Below are positions 29,486 to 40,183 of a DNA stretch of 64,000 nt, in pieces; within the stretch, counting starts at the first letter, position 1; every line of letters starts with the position of its first letter. The notes under the pieces were generated by a model. That model worked only from the letters and a program-made list of their open reading frames with translations. It searched no databases and was not told the DNA's origin. Origin of the DNA: Bacteroidales bacterium (lineage in GTDB: Bacteria > Bacteroidota > Bacteroidia > Bacteroidales > VadinHA17); the NCBI GenBank assembly GCA_046329875.1, contig JAXLTT010000018.1, positions 933 to 64,932 on the forward strand, in the 5' to 3' direction. The position numbers were made by a program, and so were the translations under genes.

Positions 29486-32400
29486 ATGTCCCAGATAAAA
29501 AGCTTTGTGTTTGTTATGCTTATCTCCGCTGCTCTGCCAGATCTCCTTTCCCAGTCAGTTGAAACCGTAGTGCAGACCGGTCATTATGCCCCCGTAACTG
29601 CAGTTGCCTACAGTCCCGACGGTAAGTTTATTGCCACAGGTAGCGAAGACAAGACAGTTAAGCTCTGGCGCAGGACAGACGGTAAGGAAATACGAACCTT
29701 CCAGGGAAACATCTCCGCAATTTCATCAGTGGAGATAAACAGGCAGGGGAGCTTAATCCTTTCCGTAACAAATAATGGCACACTGACTGTGTGGGACCTG
29801 AATACCGGGAAACTGGTCCGCCAGTTCAAACCCGCTGACGACAGGTTCACCTGTGCATCGTTTCACCCCGACGGAGCAAAGATTATTACAGGGACAAGGA
29901 AATCTTACATATCGCTATGGGATATCGCATCAGGCACTAAGATTTCAGATATCAAAGCAATTTCAAGGGACCTGAATTACCAGAAGAATTTTGACTACGA
30001 GGAGACCGGAAGCATAGCTTATAGTAGCGACGGTAAATATATAATAGCAGGTGTCGCAGATTATACTGCAATACTCTTTGATGCCGCAACAGGTAAGGAG
30101 ATAAGGAAATACAAGAATGCAAATTCAGAATGCACATCATGTGTAATAAATGCCGTCCTCTCACCCGATAACCGCAATATTTACATTGGCTCGGGCGATT
30201 CTGTTAAAGTATTCGATGTGCAATCGGGGAAACTTGTTAAAGCACTGTACGGGCAGGGCGGTACCGCGGAGTCACTTTGTATAAGCGGTGACGGCAAATA
30301 CCTCGCAGGAGTTGAATATGGTGTCGCCGAACTTTGGGATACCGGTCTCTGGAAAAGAACCCTCGTTAAGGGCGATTATTCTGACCGCAAAGTTCTTTCG
30401 GTTGCCCTCAGTCCCGACGGGAAAGAGATGATAGCCGGCAATGAGAAACGCACTGCCGACATTTTTACCACAGCCAAGGGATCTCCTGTTCTGACCTTAA
30501 AAGGGTATCTCAACCAGGTTGATGAAAGGATCCTTACCGATTCATACATGTACTGGGCTGCAATGGTGAATGAAGCCAGGCTCAGCCCCGACGGGAAATA
30601 TATTGCTGTCGGCCGCACGGGGAACAATGCAAAGATCATTGATTTCAAAACAGGCAAGGTCTTCAGGACCCTCAGGGGACATAAAAGCATGGTGATTAGC
30701 CTCTCATTCAGCAACGACGGAAGATTTCTAGCCACAGGAGGTCTCGACGGACAGGTTTTTATCTGGGATATTGAAACCGGGAAAGCGGTCCAGGCCTTCA
30801 GCTTTCCAGACGAGAAAGAGGCAATCTATTCACTCGACTTCAGTTCTGACGGCAAGATGCTCGCTGCAGCTATCTGGGGAGGATATATTATCATCTGGGA
30901 TACCTCCACCGGGGAAAGGATAAGGGCGCTCTCACCTCACGACGGCAGAGGCTGCTACCGGGTGAAATTCACGAAAAACGGACTTTATGTTATTACAGTA
31001 GGACTTGACATGAAACTGAAGATGACCGAGATCGACACAGGAGATGAGGTCAGGTCATTTATCGGTCATACAGGTGAATCGCTTATTAATTCTGTTAACC
31101 TCAACCAGCAGGGCGACAGGTTCATCACCTCCGGTCAGGATGGAACGATCCGTACCTGGGACATTGCGTCCGGACTACAGGTGAGCAGGATAAAGGCCCA
31201 CCCGGGCGGCGCATACTGTGCGGCTTTCGATCCTTCAGGAAAGTACATTATCTCCGGCGGAGATGATTTTCTCGTGAAGCTCTGGGACGCATCAACGGGG
31301 AATCTCGTTTCGGAATATGCAGGGCACAGGGGTGGTGTTGGTGATGTGAATATCACGTCAGATCTTAAATACCTTATCTCGGGGAGTCGTGATGGCTCAA
31401 TACGAATATGGAATACAGACACTAGAAAAGAGATAGTATCGCTTGTTTTCATTAATGAAAACGACTGGTTCATAAAGAACCCCGAAGGTTATTTTGATGC
31501 AACGGAAGGAGCTTACAATTCGATCTCCTTCGTTAAAGGAACCGAGGTTTATAACATCGGGCAGTTCTTTAATGAATTTTATCGTCCCGGTCTTTACGGT
31601 GAAGCATTCGGTAATAATCCCTCATTCAGGCAGAATCTAGTCCAGACAGTCGAGAAATTCCCTCCCCCGACAGTGGAGATCGTTCTTCCCGAGGCCGCTG
31701 AACCAACTGAAAATGCTTTTACAACAGTGATGGTTAAAGTGACTAACAACGGCGGTGGTGTGAAGGAATTCAAGGTTATGCAGAACGGGAAACGCCAGGA
31801 GGTCGATTATTCCGATCTCAAAAGGATGTCGAAGGCAGGACAGTATGCGATGAAGACCTTTGATGTGAATCTTGTACCCGGTAATAACCAGATCTCAGTA
31901 TCAGCATTCAGTGAAGGTGACATAGAGTCGTCGGCTGCAACAATCGACATTGTCTATAAAGGTCTGCAAAAGAGCTCCGATTGTTATGTACTGAGTATTG
32001 GAATTAATAAGTACGATAACGAGGCAATGACCCTCACTTATGCGCGGCCCGATGCACAGGCCTTTGCCGATCTTATGAATTCGAAGACTTCAAAGCTTTT
32101 CAATAAGGTACATATTTACACACTCCTCGACAGGGATGCAACAAAGGCAAAGATCCTTTCCACTCTCGATGAGATTACAAAGCTTATGAAGAAGGAAGAT
32201 GTCTTTGTATGGTTCTATGCCGGGCATGGCAGCATGGTCGATAATGCATTTTATTTCATTACACCTGAAGTTACGGGGATGTACCAGCAGGATAAATTAA
32301 AGAATGCACTTTACGTTAAGGATCTGCAGGATAAATTCCGGCTGCTTCCTGCCCTGAAACAGGTTGTATTTATCGACGCCTGCCAGTCGGGGAGTTCAGT

Positions 32401-32728
32401 CGAGGCTCTGGCAATGCGTGGCGGCGCGGAGGAAAAGGCCCTTGCCCAGCTTTCGAGAAGCTCAGGAATACATGTAATGGCATCATCTGAGAGCCAGCAG
32501 CAATCTGCCGAAATTAAAAGCCTGAATCACGGGGTGTTCACATATGTGCTCCTCGAGGCTCTGAATGGAAAAGCCGACGGAGCCCCGGCCGATTCAAAAG
32601 TTACTGTATATGAAATTAAATCCTATATCGACGACCAGGTTCCCGACATTTCATATAAACTCATAAGGCACAAACAGTTCCCGAGCACATTCTCAATAGG
32701 ACACGATTTTCCGCTGGTTATGGAATAG
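29486..32728 (+). CDS. secreted WD40-repeat protein with C-terminal caspase (peptidase C14) domain
   Basis: Signal peptide; at least 12 WD repeats (VKLWRR, LTVWDL, ISLWDI, VFIWDI, IRTWDI, VKLWDA, IRIWNT...). Caspase His/Cys dyad contexts are YAGHG and FIDACQSG. Confidence 0.85.
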   Translation: MSQIKSFVFVMLISAALPDLLSQSVETVVQTGHYAPVTAVAYSPDGKFIATGSEDKTVKLWRRTDGKEIRTFQGNISAISSVEINRQGSLILSVTNNGTLTVWDLNTGKLVRQFKPADDRFTCASFHPDGAKIITGTRKSYISLWDIASGTKISDIKAISRDLNYQKNFDYEETGSIAYSSDGKYIIAGVADYTAILFDAATGKEIRKYKNANSECTSCVINAVLSPDNRNIYIGSGDSVKVFDVQSGKLVKALYGQGGTAESLCISGDGKYLAGVEYGVAELWDTGLWKRTLVKGDYSDRKVLSVALSPDGKEMIAGNEKRTADIFTTAKGSPVLTLKGYLNQVDERILTDSYMYWAAMVNEARLSPDGKYIAVGRTGNNAKIIDFKTGKVFRTLRGHKSMVISLSFSNDGRFLATGGLDGQVFIWDIETGKAVQAFSFPDEKEAIYSLDFSSDGKMLAAAIWGGYIIIWDTSTGERIRALSPHDGRGCYRVKFTKNGLYVITVGLDMKLKMTEIDTGDEVRSFIGHTGESLINSVNLNQQGDRFITSGQDGTIRTWDIASGLQVSRIKAHPGGAYCAAFDPSGKYIISGGDDFLVKLWDASTGNLVSEYAGHRGGVGDVNITSDLKYLISGSRDGSIRIWNTDTRKEIVSLVFINENDWFIKNPEGYFDATEGAYNSISFVKGTEVYNIGQFFNEFYRPGLYGEAFGNNPSFRQNLVQTVEKFPPPTVEIVLPEAAEPTENAFTTVMVKVTNNGGGVKEFKVMQNGKRQEVDYSDLKRMSKAGQYAMKTFDVNLVPGNNQISVSAFSEGDIESSAATIDIVYKGLQKSSDCYVLSIGINKYDNEAMTLTYARPDAQAFADLMNSKTSKLFNKVHIYTLLDRDATKAKILSTLDEITKLMKKEDVFVWFYAGHGSMVDNAFYFITPEVTGMYQQDKLKNALYVKDLQDKFRLLPALKQVVFIDACQSGSSVEALAMRGGAEEKALAQLSRSSGIHVMASSESQQQSAEIKSLNHGVFTYVLLEALNGKADGAPADSKVTVYEIKSYIDDQVPDISYKLIRHKQFPSTFSIGHDFPLVME

Positions 32729-32781
32729 TTTAAGTTAGTATTTATTAACTTTGATATAAGTCAAAGAAAGTCAAGGTCTGT

Positions 32782-33948
32782 ATGAGGATTCTTTTTTTTA
32801 TGCTGGTTTGCTTCCTGACTGTTAACTGCCTGTCTCAGGATGTTATTGAACCTCTTAACGCAAAAACACATTCTTATTACACTACCGACAGTATCGTCAG
32901 AAGGGGAGTTAAGATTATCGATCAGGGACTGAAATTAAACTCCTTGGGCTGTAAGATTATGGAAAATGGGAAGGAAAAATTGTATACTCCGCAGCAGGTT
33001 CTGGAATATGGATTTGGAGTTAAGACAGTTTATGTATCAAGGAAAATAACGATTGACAATATTCAACATTCTGTATTCCTCGAACGTATGTACAAAGGTA
33101 ATTCTCTGAATTTATACAGGCTGACTACAGAAAATGAAAAGATATTTGTCGTGGAAAAGGATCCGGAAAATAATGTTGTGATCATGAAGTCCGGGAGTGA
33201 GACGAAAGATTTTAAGCAAACATTGAAAGACCTTGCGGTTAGTTGCCCTAAAGTCATTGGTTTTATCGATTTACTGGCATATAATAAATGGGATATGGTT
33301 GAATTTTTTAAAAGGGTTGATAATTGCAGCGACGATCCGATTCCACATCCCGAATTCAGGGTTGTTATGGGTTTCAGCCTTTTAAACCTCGTTCCACCCA
33401 AAACAAATCTCTGGAAATTTTTATATGAAGAAGATTTAAAATCTATAATAACGGGTTCATTAGGGATATCTTATGATTATCCCATTGCTGCAGGCAGTTT
33501 CTCTTTTCATCCGGAATTAATCTTTTCGTATTTCAGAAAAAAAACTATAAGCACATTTACGGGGGACACATATAAAGCAAAACTTAAAATGGGCTACATA
33601 AGTATCCCTATGCTGATACGTTATTACTTCCCTTCCAGCAATCGAGATTATTTTATTAATACAGGATATGTCCAGGTGATTAATATTTCAGATAATCAGA
33701 CCTATGATCAATTTGGTCTGACTGGATCGTCAGGACAGACAGTCGTTTTGAAAAAGTCAGGGATTATCGGAATAAAGCAGTTTATAGGTGGGCTGTCTTT
33801 GGGGGCCGGCAGGAAAATAATCCTTTCCGGCGGTTTTGATCTGTCCCTCGAGATCAGGGGGAACCTGTATTTTCACAGATGGGTTTCCGAATCATATGAT
33901 GCTTCTCAGATCGGGATTCACTCAGCATTATCTGTAAAATGGAATTAG
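32782..33948 (+). CDS. hypothetical secreted protein, paralog 1 (C-terminal beta-barrel-like)
   Basis: Signal peptide. Shares YTPxxxxxxxF and FLExxxxGxxNLYxL...EKxFVxEK segments with the next ORF. Confidence 0.55.
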   Translation: MRILFFMLVCFLTVNCLSQDVIEPLNAKTHSYYTTDSIVRRGVKIIDQGLKLNSLGCKIMENGKEKLYTPQQVLEYGFGVKTVYVSRKITIDNIQHSVFLERMYKGNSLNLYRLTTENEKIFVVEKDPENNVVIMKSGSETKDFKQTLKDLAVSCPKVIGFIDLLAYNKWDMVEFFKRVDNCSDDPIPHPEFRVVMGFSLLNLVPPKTNLWKFLYEEDLKSIITGSLGISYDYPIAAGSFSFHPELIFSYFRKKTISTFTGDTYKAKLKMGYISIPMLIRYYFPSSNRDYFINTGYVQVINISDNQTYDQFGLTGSSGQTVVLKKSGIIGIKQFIGGLSLGAGRKIILSGGFDLSLEIRGNLYFHRWVSESYDASQIGIHSALSVKWN

Positions 33949-33977
33949 TCAGATACTATATATATCGATTACTGGAT

Positions 33978-35216
33978 ATGAAGAAGGCATTTCTTATCTT
34001 CTTCCTGTGTTTCCTAATATTTATTGAGCTTCCAGGTCAGAAAGGCTACCGCCCGGGAATTATTGTTACAAATGATTTTGACACTCTTGTCTGTTTTATT
34101 AAAGAACAACAGAATTACCTGAATGCCAGGAGCTGTATTGCAATGAAGCTAGGACAGGATAAACCTGTTGTTTATACGCCATCGGACCTTGTTGCATTCA
34201 GGTTTGAGCCAGGGAAATACTATGTTTCAAAAGATGTTACAATTGGGAATGTAACCCAGAAGTTATTCCTTGAATACCTCGTAAATGGGATTGTCAATCT
34301 TTATTATCTCCGGGATGAAGCCAATGAAAAGTTCTTCGTTGAGAAGAACGGGCAGCTTACCGAACTTAACAATGATGGGAAGAATATTACTGTAATTGAG
34401 AATGAGAACAAGGCTGACGAAAAGATTGTGACCTATTTTAAACCTTCATTTCAGTATATGAGGATGATGACAATACTTTTCCAGGACAGCCCTGAGATTC
34501 TTAAAAGGATCAACACTACTCCTTTCAGTTATAAATCTATGATTAACCTTACTGTCGATTACCATAATTCTGTTTGCAAGGACAAAACATGCATAAACTA
34601 CACCAAAACAACGCGGCAGCATTTTTTCATTGAACCCTGGATCGGATACAGCTTTGAAAAATATTTTATGAAGCAGTCAACAGGGAGTATCGTAAGCACA
34701 ACCCCGGCAATAGGATTAAATATGAGAATAATGCCTTTTAAGGGATATCTTAACTGGAACTTTCTTTTTGGGTTTAGCTATTTGAAAAGCAGTTTTGATG
34801 GAAGTGTTGATGGCAATTTCATTGGCTATTCCGGTCTGTCGAGTATTTGTACCTACAGGATAGAACTGAAATATTCTGCTATCAAAGTCCCTGTTGCAGC
34901 GGAATACGTGTTTCCGGTGAAAAAATTCAGACCCTTCATTTCAGTAGGGATTGTCAATATATATATTCCGGACGCCAAACCATATGCGCAGAATCTCGAT
35001 CACAATGTAGGACCGGAAGATCCGCATTTTACACATTACCATTTTGGAGTTTCAGCGGGGCTTGGAGTAAGATGGGAACTTGAAAACGGGTCATACCTAT
35101 TCCTGAAAAATGACTTTGAATATAACAGACCCGGGTCAAAATTTGGCTGGTTCTTCGATTTTTCAAGAACATTCTTATCCACCGCCAGCCTTGGTTATGG
35201 AATTAAGTTCAGGTAA
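33978..35216 (+). CDS. hypothetical secreted protein, paralog 2 (C-terminal beta-barrel-like)
   Basis: MKKAFLIFFLCFLIF signal peptide, with ATG at 33978 preferred over 33939. Alternating-strand C-terminus ending ..YGIKFR. Confidence 0.55.
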   Translation: MKKAFLIFFLCFLIFIELPGQKGYRPGIIVTNDFDTLVCFIKEQQNYLNARSCIAMKLGQDKPVVYTPSDLVAFRFEPGKYYVSKDVTIGNVTQKLFLEYLVNGIVNLYYLRDEANEKFFVEKNGQLTELNNDGKNITVIENENKADEKIVTYFKPSFQYMRMMTILFQDSPEILKRINTTPFSYKSMINLTVDYHNSVCKDKTCINYTKTTRQHFFIEPWIGYSFEKYFMKQSTGSIVSTTPAIGLNMRIMPFKGYLNWNFLFGFSYLKSSFDGSVDGNFIGYSGLSSICTYRIELKYSAIKVPVAAEYVFPVKKFRPFISVGIVNIYIPDAKPYAQNLDHNVGPEDPHFTHYHFGVSAGLGVRWELENGSYLFLKNDFEYNRPGSKFGWFFDFSRTFLSTASLGYGIKFR

Positions 35217-35347
35217 CTAAGTAACTTTATCAGTTTTTAGAAACAACAGAAGTTCAAGGCTGAAGGATATTAAAATGTGAATATCCTTCAAAATTATTTT
35301 TTGCCAATTCCAACCATTTTTCTTCTCTTTCGTCTTTATCCCGGATA

Positions 35348-35899
35348 ATGAACATGGACATCTACGATATCAACAGTCAGATCATCCAAAAATGTATGGA
35401 TGGTGACATAAAGGCCCAGTTCATGCTTTACAGGAACTTTTCAACGGCTATGTACAATATCGCGGTAAGGATAACTGGAAATAAGATGGATGCAGAAGAT
35501 GTACTGCAGGATTCTTTTGTCACAGCTTTCGAGAAGCTTGGAGAACTGGAAAATCCATCATCATTCCCTTCATGGATAAAAAGGATTGTGATAAACAATT
35601 CGATATCCCTTATAAGGAAGAGAAAACTTGTGTTCGAGGATCTTGATGTTAATAATGGGGGGATTGAAAACCCTTCTCCTGAAATAGATGAGGAAATTGA
35701 CCCGGCAATTGTACATGAGGCTATAAAAATACTTCCCGATGGCGGGAGAACCATACTTGTGCTTTATGCCCTCGAGGGGTACAAACACCGTGAGATATCG
35801 GGGATGCTGGGGATAAGTGAATCGACAAGCAAGAGCCAGTACAGCAGGGCGCTCAGCCTGCTCCATAATCACCTTAAAGACAAAGTGTATGAAGATTGA
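35348..35899 (+). CDS. ECF-type RNA polymerase sigma-70 factor
   Basis: Region 2 (DAEDVLQDSFV) and region 4 HTH (GYKHREISGMLGISESTSKSQYSRA). Confidence 0.88.
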   Translation: MNMDIYDINSQIIQKCMDGDIKAQFMLYRNFSTAMYNIAVRITGNKMDAEDVLQDSFVTAFEKLGELENPSSFPSWIKRIVINNSISLIRKRKLVFEDLDVNNGGIENPSPEIDEEIDPAIVHEAIKILPDGGRTILVLYALEGYKHREISGMLGISESTSKSQYSRALSLLHNHLKDKVYED

Positions 35900-36446
35900 G
35901 CTTGAAAAATACCTCGAGAAGAAACGCCCCCTCCTCGATACTGAAACACCCGACAATGAGGCTATATGGGCCGGGATAAAGGGTGGGATGACACGTTCAT
36001 CGCGTACAGTAAAGCCATCACGAAACATCAGGATGAGGATTATCACCATCGCTGCTTCCGTGTTAATTCTCTTCTCACTGGGTTACCTTACAAAAGACAT
36101 TGTTGACACAATAGGCAGGAACAAAACTGTAACCCTCAGTGATATCAGTACCGCACTGGGGCAAAAGGAAAACTCCTACAGGTTGCAGGTGTCACTTAAG
36201 ACGCAGGAGGTTAACAGCCTGACCGGAACTGATAACATGGTTATCAAAGAGCTCTTCGAAGAGATTAATCGTCTCGATGTGGTTTACGATCAGTCGCTTA
36301 AAGACCTTAAAGAACTTGGCTACAACGAGAAAATAGTAAATACGATCTTCGACACTTACGAAAAGAAAATACACCTTCTTGAACTGATAATTCTTGAATC
36401 AAATAAATCTGTTAGTCATGAAAACAATGGGAAAATCAATCTTTAA
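35889..36446 (+). CDS. putative anti-sigma factor (single TM helix)
   Basis: ATGA overlap with the sigma stop; one TM helix (IITIAASVLILFSLGYL). Confidence 0.6.
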   Translation: MKIELEKYLEKKRPLLDTETPDNEAIWAGIKGGMTRSSRTVKPSRNIRMRIITIAASVLILFSLGYLTKDIVDTIGRNKTVTLSDISTALGQKENSYRLQVSLKTQEVNSLTGTDNMVIKELFEEINRLDVVYDQSLKDLKELGYNEKIVNTIFDTYEKKIHLLELIILESNKSVSHENNGKINL

Positions 36447-37740
36447 GTTTCTACCGGTACTCTTCCTTTTCGTTGCCTGGACAGCAACTGCAAAAGGAGC
36501 CCAGATCGAGAAGACCTTCTCGTGGAAGTACCCGGTTACAAAGGCCACCAAAGTGGCATTCAACAACTACAATTGCGACGTGGTGATACATGTCTGGTAC
36601 AAGCCTGAGACAGAATACCACCTGACTGTTGAGGCAACAGGCAAAACCACCGATGATGAGACACGTTTACTGAAGTATCTCGAAAATATGAACTTCAGTC
36701 ACACCGATAACCTTGTAAGTTTCAGGAACAATTTCTGGAAGAATCGCAGGAGCATTAACGGTAAGACCACCCTTGAAATCGAAGGGGAAAAGGACATTCA
36801 GCTTACCGATTTCAATATGAGCGGCGAACTCTGGATACCGGCAGATAATTTCCTTGAACTGAGCTCGAAATATTCGAGGGTCGACATGGAGAGCTTCAGG
36901 GGACAGGCACGCATTGATCTTTACAACGACAACCTGTTTGCAAAGAACATCGAGTCGCCGGTTGAGATCACGGCAAAGTATTCAAATCTTGAGTTTGGTG
37001 AACTGAAGGATATTAAAGCTGACCTGTATAACACAGACCTACAGGCTGCAGGAACCGGGAATATCACAATTGTTTCAAAATATTCAAAGTTCGAGGCTGA
37101 AAGAGGTGGAAAGCTCGATGCCGACAGTTATAACGACAAGTATTCAATAAACAAAGCCGGGGATGTAAACTTCAATGCAAAGTATTCCGACCTGAGGACA
37201 GAAACAGCCGGCAATCTTGTAATGACATGCTATAACGGCGATTTTGAACTGGGCGATATCAAAGATCTGAAACTCGACTCCAAATATGCAAGCTACACTT
37301 TTAACACGGCCGTAAACGTCACAATAGCAAGCTCGTATAACGATAAGTTCAGGTTTGAAAAAGTAAATGACATGAAGATCAACGAGTCGAAATACTCAAA
37401 CTACGAGGCTGGTGAGATTACAGGTGATTTTAAGGAACTTGACGGTTATAATGATAACCTGAGTTTTGAAAGTATTGACCCTGGCTTCAAGGAGTTTTCG
37501 ATAAACGGAAAATATATGGACATTACAATGGGCTTACCTGAAAAAGGAGAATTTCGTCTCAAGGCAAATATCAAGTATCCCGAGATCGAATTCAACGAGG
37601 AGGCACTGAAGACGAAGATAAAGATCCAGGAAAACTCTGAACTTCAGTATGAGGGGATTAAGGGAACCGAGAAAGACGATATGCCGTTGATAACTGTAAA
37701 CGGTTACAACATAAAGCTCACGCTGAATAATATAGAATAG
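36418..37740 (+). CDS. secreted repetitive beta-helix/adhesin-like protein (DUF4097-like)
   Basis: Signal peptide and repeated KYS(x)(L/F)E... units; third gene of the ECF triad. Confidence 0.5.
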   Translation: MKTMGKSIFKFLPVLFLFVAWTATAKGAQIEKTFSWKYPVTKATKVAFNNYNCDVVIHVWYKPETEYHLTVEATGKTTDDETRLLKYLENMNFSHTDNLVSFRNNFWKNRRSINGKTTLEIEGEKDIQLTDFNMSGELWIPADNFLELSSKYSRVDMESFRGQARIDLYNDNLFAKNIESPVEITAKYSNLEFGELKDIKADLYNTDLQAAGTGNITIVSKYSKFEAERGGKLDADSYNDKYSINKAGDVNFNAKYSDLRTETAGNLVMTCYNGDFELGDIKDLKLDSKYASYTFNTAVNVTIASSYNDKFRFEKVNDMKINESKYSNYEAGEITGDFKELDGYNDNLSFESIDPGFKEFSINGKYMDITMGLPEKGEFRLKANIKYPEIEFNEEALKTKIKIQENSELQYEGIKGTEKDDMPLITVNGYNIKLTLNNIE

Positions 37741-37882
37741 TTTTTCATTCCTCTTTCCCGCTGTGTCCGTTACGGTAAATTTAAGCCTGGCGGAACAGCG
37801 GGAAATTTCATTTTTGACAGGGCCATATTTCAGTAATGCCTTCGTTTGGAGCAAATAACTATTTTTGCCTTTTCGGAATTGT

Positions 37883-39139
37883 ATGAAGAACCCATTTGCC
37901 GGAGAGGCAACCGCAGTACTTAAAGTAAAGAATTTCAGGTATTTCCTCTTTTTCAGGATCTGCCTTACAATGGGATCACTGATGATGTCTGTTATCGTCG
38001 GGTGGCAGGTTTACGAGATCACAAAGGATGTACTCTGGCTAGGCATGATAGGCCTTTTTGAAGTTATTCCACAGATAAGCATCTCCCTTTTTGCAGGTCC
38101 GTTTATTGATCTGTGGGACAGGAGAAAGATAATCAGGCGTACTATCCTGCTGCTTGTTCTGAGTGCAACAATCCTGCTCGTGTACAGTATCTACATCGGT
38201 AAACTCTCTGCCTGGCTTGGTGCTTACCCTATCTTTATAACGATAGTTCTTACCGGCCTTGCGCGTGGAATTATAGCGCCATCGCTCGTAGCCCTTCTTG
38301 GTCAGATGGTACCCAGGGAACTCTACACAAATGCCGCAACATGGAACAGTGCAACCTGGCAGGCTTCTGCAGTACTGGGCCCTGCAATAGGAGGTATGGT
38401 ATATGGATTTCTTGGGATTATCCCGGCCTATTCTCTTGTTCTTGCCCTGTTTATCTTGGCATTCTTCATGATAACCTTAGTGAAGACAGAAAAGCATGTT
38501 GTTGCTTCCAGTGCAGCCAGGGAAGGAATCTTCCTGAGGATCAGCAGCGGGTTCAGGTTTGTATTTGCAACCCCTGAACTTTTAGGTGCCTTTTCACTCG
38601 ATATGTTCGCCGTCCTCTTTGGTGGGGCTGTTGCTATGTTACCTGTCTTTGCATCTGATATACTTCATGTAGGTCCCCAGGGACTTGGCATCCTCAGGGC
38701 ATGCCCCTCGATAGGAGCAACAGTAATGGCCTTTCTTCTTATGTTCAGACCGCCAACAAGGGAAACGGGAAAGATCCTGTTTATAGCAGTTACCGGTTTC
38801 GGCCTCTGTATGATAGCCTTTGCACTTTCAAAGAACTTCTTCCTTTCTGCTGCAATTCTAATACTCAGTGGAGGTTTCGATAACGTTAGCGTTGTCATCC
38901 GCGGAACCATCCTCCAGCTCTTCACCCCCGACGAAATGCGCGGCAGGGTGGCATCTGTAAACAGTATCTTCATTGGCTCATCAAATGAACTGGGGGCGTT
39001 TGAATCGGGGGTTGCCGCAAGGATAATGGGTCTGGTACCTTCAGTGATTTTCGGCGGTGTGATGACACTTCTGATAGTGGGTGTTACGGCAAAATTCAAT
39101 AAGACTTTAAGAAGTCTTTCACTGAAGGATAAAACGTAG
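37883..39139 (+). CDS. MFS transporter
   Basis: About 12 TM helices and a D-RxxRR-like loop (DLWDRRKIIRR). Confidence 0.8.
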   Translation: MKNPFAGEATAVLKVKNFRYFLFFRICLTMGSLMMSVIVGWQVYEITKDVLWLGMIGLFEVIPQISISLFAGPFIDLWDRRKIIRRTILLLVLSATILLVYSIYIGKLSAWLGAYPIFITIVLTGLARGIIAPSLVALLGQMVPRELYTNAATWNSATWQASAVLGPAIGGMVYGFLGIIPAYSLVLALFILAFFMITLVKTEKHVVASSAAREGIFLRISSGFRFVFATPELLGAFSLDMFAVLFGGAVAMLPVFASDILHVGPQGLGILRACPSIGATVMAFLLMFRPPTRETGKILFIAVTGFGLCMIAFALSKNFFLSAAILILSGGFDNVSVVIRGTILQLFTPDEMRGRVASVNSIFIGSSNELGAFESGVAARIMGLVPSVIFGGVMTLLIVGVTAKFNKTLRSLSLKDKT

Positions 39140-39178
39140 TTCTCCTTTTAAACTATCTTTGTTTTAAGCATTTTAAAG

Positions 39179-39664
39179 ATGGAACTTAAAGTAAGGGAGG
39201 TCAGGAGATCAGATAACGAGGTCCTGGCAAAAATAATCCGCGCAGCGTTTTATGAACATAATGCCCCTCAGCAGGGTACTGTATTTTCCGATCCGACAAC
39301 TGATAACCTTTATGAGCTCTTCAGGGCTGAAGGAGCCTTCCTTCTTGTTGCGGAAACAGACGGTATCATTGATGGCTGCTGCGGGATCTATCCGACACAC
39401 GGACTCGATAAAGACTGTGCCGAGCTTGTAAAGTTTTACCTGAGGAAAGAATCACGCGGTAAAGGAGTCGGGAGAGAGCTTATGAACCGGTGCCTTGATG
39501 AGGCGGGGAAAATGGGGTATAAGAAGATTTATCTCGAGAGCCTTCCCGAATTCGACAGGGCCGTTACAATGTATGAGAAACTAGGATTTAAACGGCTCGA
39601 TAAGCCAATGGGTGTTTCAGGTCATTGTACCTGCAATATATGGATGCTGAAAGAACTGGATTAA
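39179..39664 (+). CDS. GNAT family N-acetyltransferase
   Basis: RGKGVGRELM acetyl-CoA motif, 161 aa. Confidence 0.85.
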   Translation: MELKVREVRRSDNEVLAKIIRAAFYEHNAPQQGTVFSDPTTDNLYELFRAEGAFLLVAETDGIIDGCCGIYPTHGLDKDCAELVKFYLRKESRGKGVGRELMNRCLDEAGKMGYKKIYLESLPEFDRAVTMYEKLGFKRLDKPMGVSGHCTCNIWMLKELD

Positions 39665-39677
39665 GATACCCCTCTCT

Positions 39678-40166
39678 ATGAATAAACTCAATTTCCTCGG
39701 AATCGGACCAAAGATCGCAATCGTACTGTTACCATGGCTGACTGTTTCAATATTCCTGTCGGTTAAATATAAGGCTGTTTTTACTTTCTGCCAGCCGTCG
39801 TGCAGCAGCCTTTATTACACAGGTGTTGCTTTGCTGGTACTGGGAATCATTATGTACTTCTCAACAGTGCCTCTTCTCCTGAAAGGACTAAAGGAAACAA
39901 GACTTGTGACTACCGGTGCCTACTACCTGTGCTGCAATCCACTCTATGCCGCAATAATCCTGTTTATTATACCCGGGGTCGCATTAATGTTGAATTCCTG
40001 GCTCATCCTTACAACAACTCCTGCGGGTTATATAATCTTCAAACTCACAATCAGTAAGGAATATACTGAGATGATATCTTTCTTCGGGGAGGCATACCGT
40101 AAATACAGGAATGAAACCCCGGAGTTCTTCCCTTTCCCTGTAAAAAAAATATTCAGTAAGAAATAG
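39678..40166 (+). CDS. ICMT/PEMT-like membrane methyltransferase family protein
   Basis: 4-5 TM helices and a C-terminal E..M...FGE.Y..Y...TP.F pattern. Confidence 0.6.
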   Translation: MNKLNFLGIGPKIAIVLLPWLTVSIFLSVKYKAVFTFCQPSCSSLYYTGVALLVLGIIMYFSTVPLLLKGLKETRLVTTGAYYLCCNPLYAAIILFIIPGVALMLNSWLILTTTPAGYIIFKLTISKEYTEMISFFGEAYRKYRNETPEFFPFPVKKIFSKK

Positions 40167-40183
40167 TTCATCCCGAAACAATA

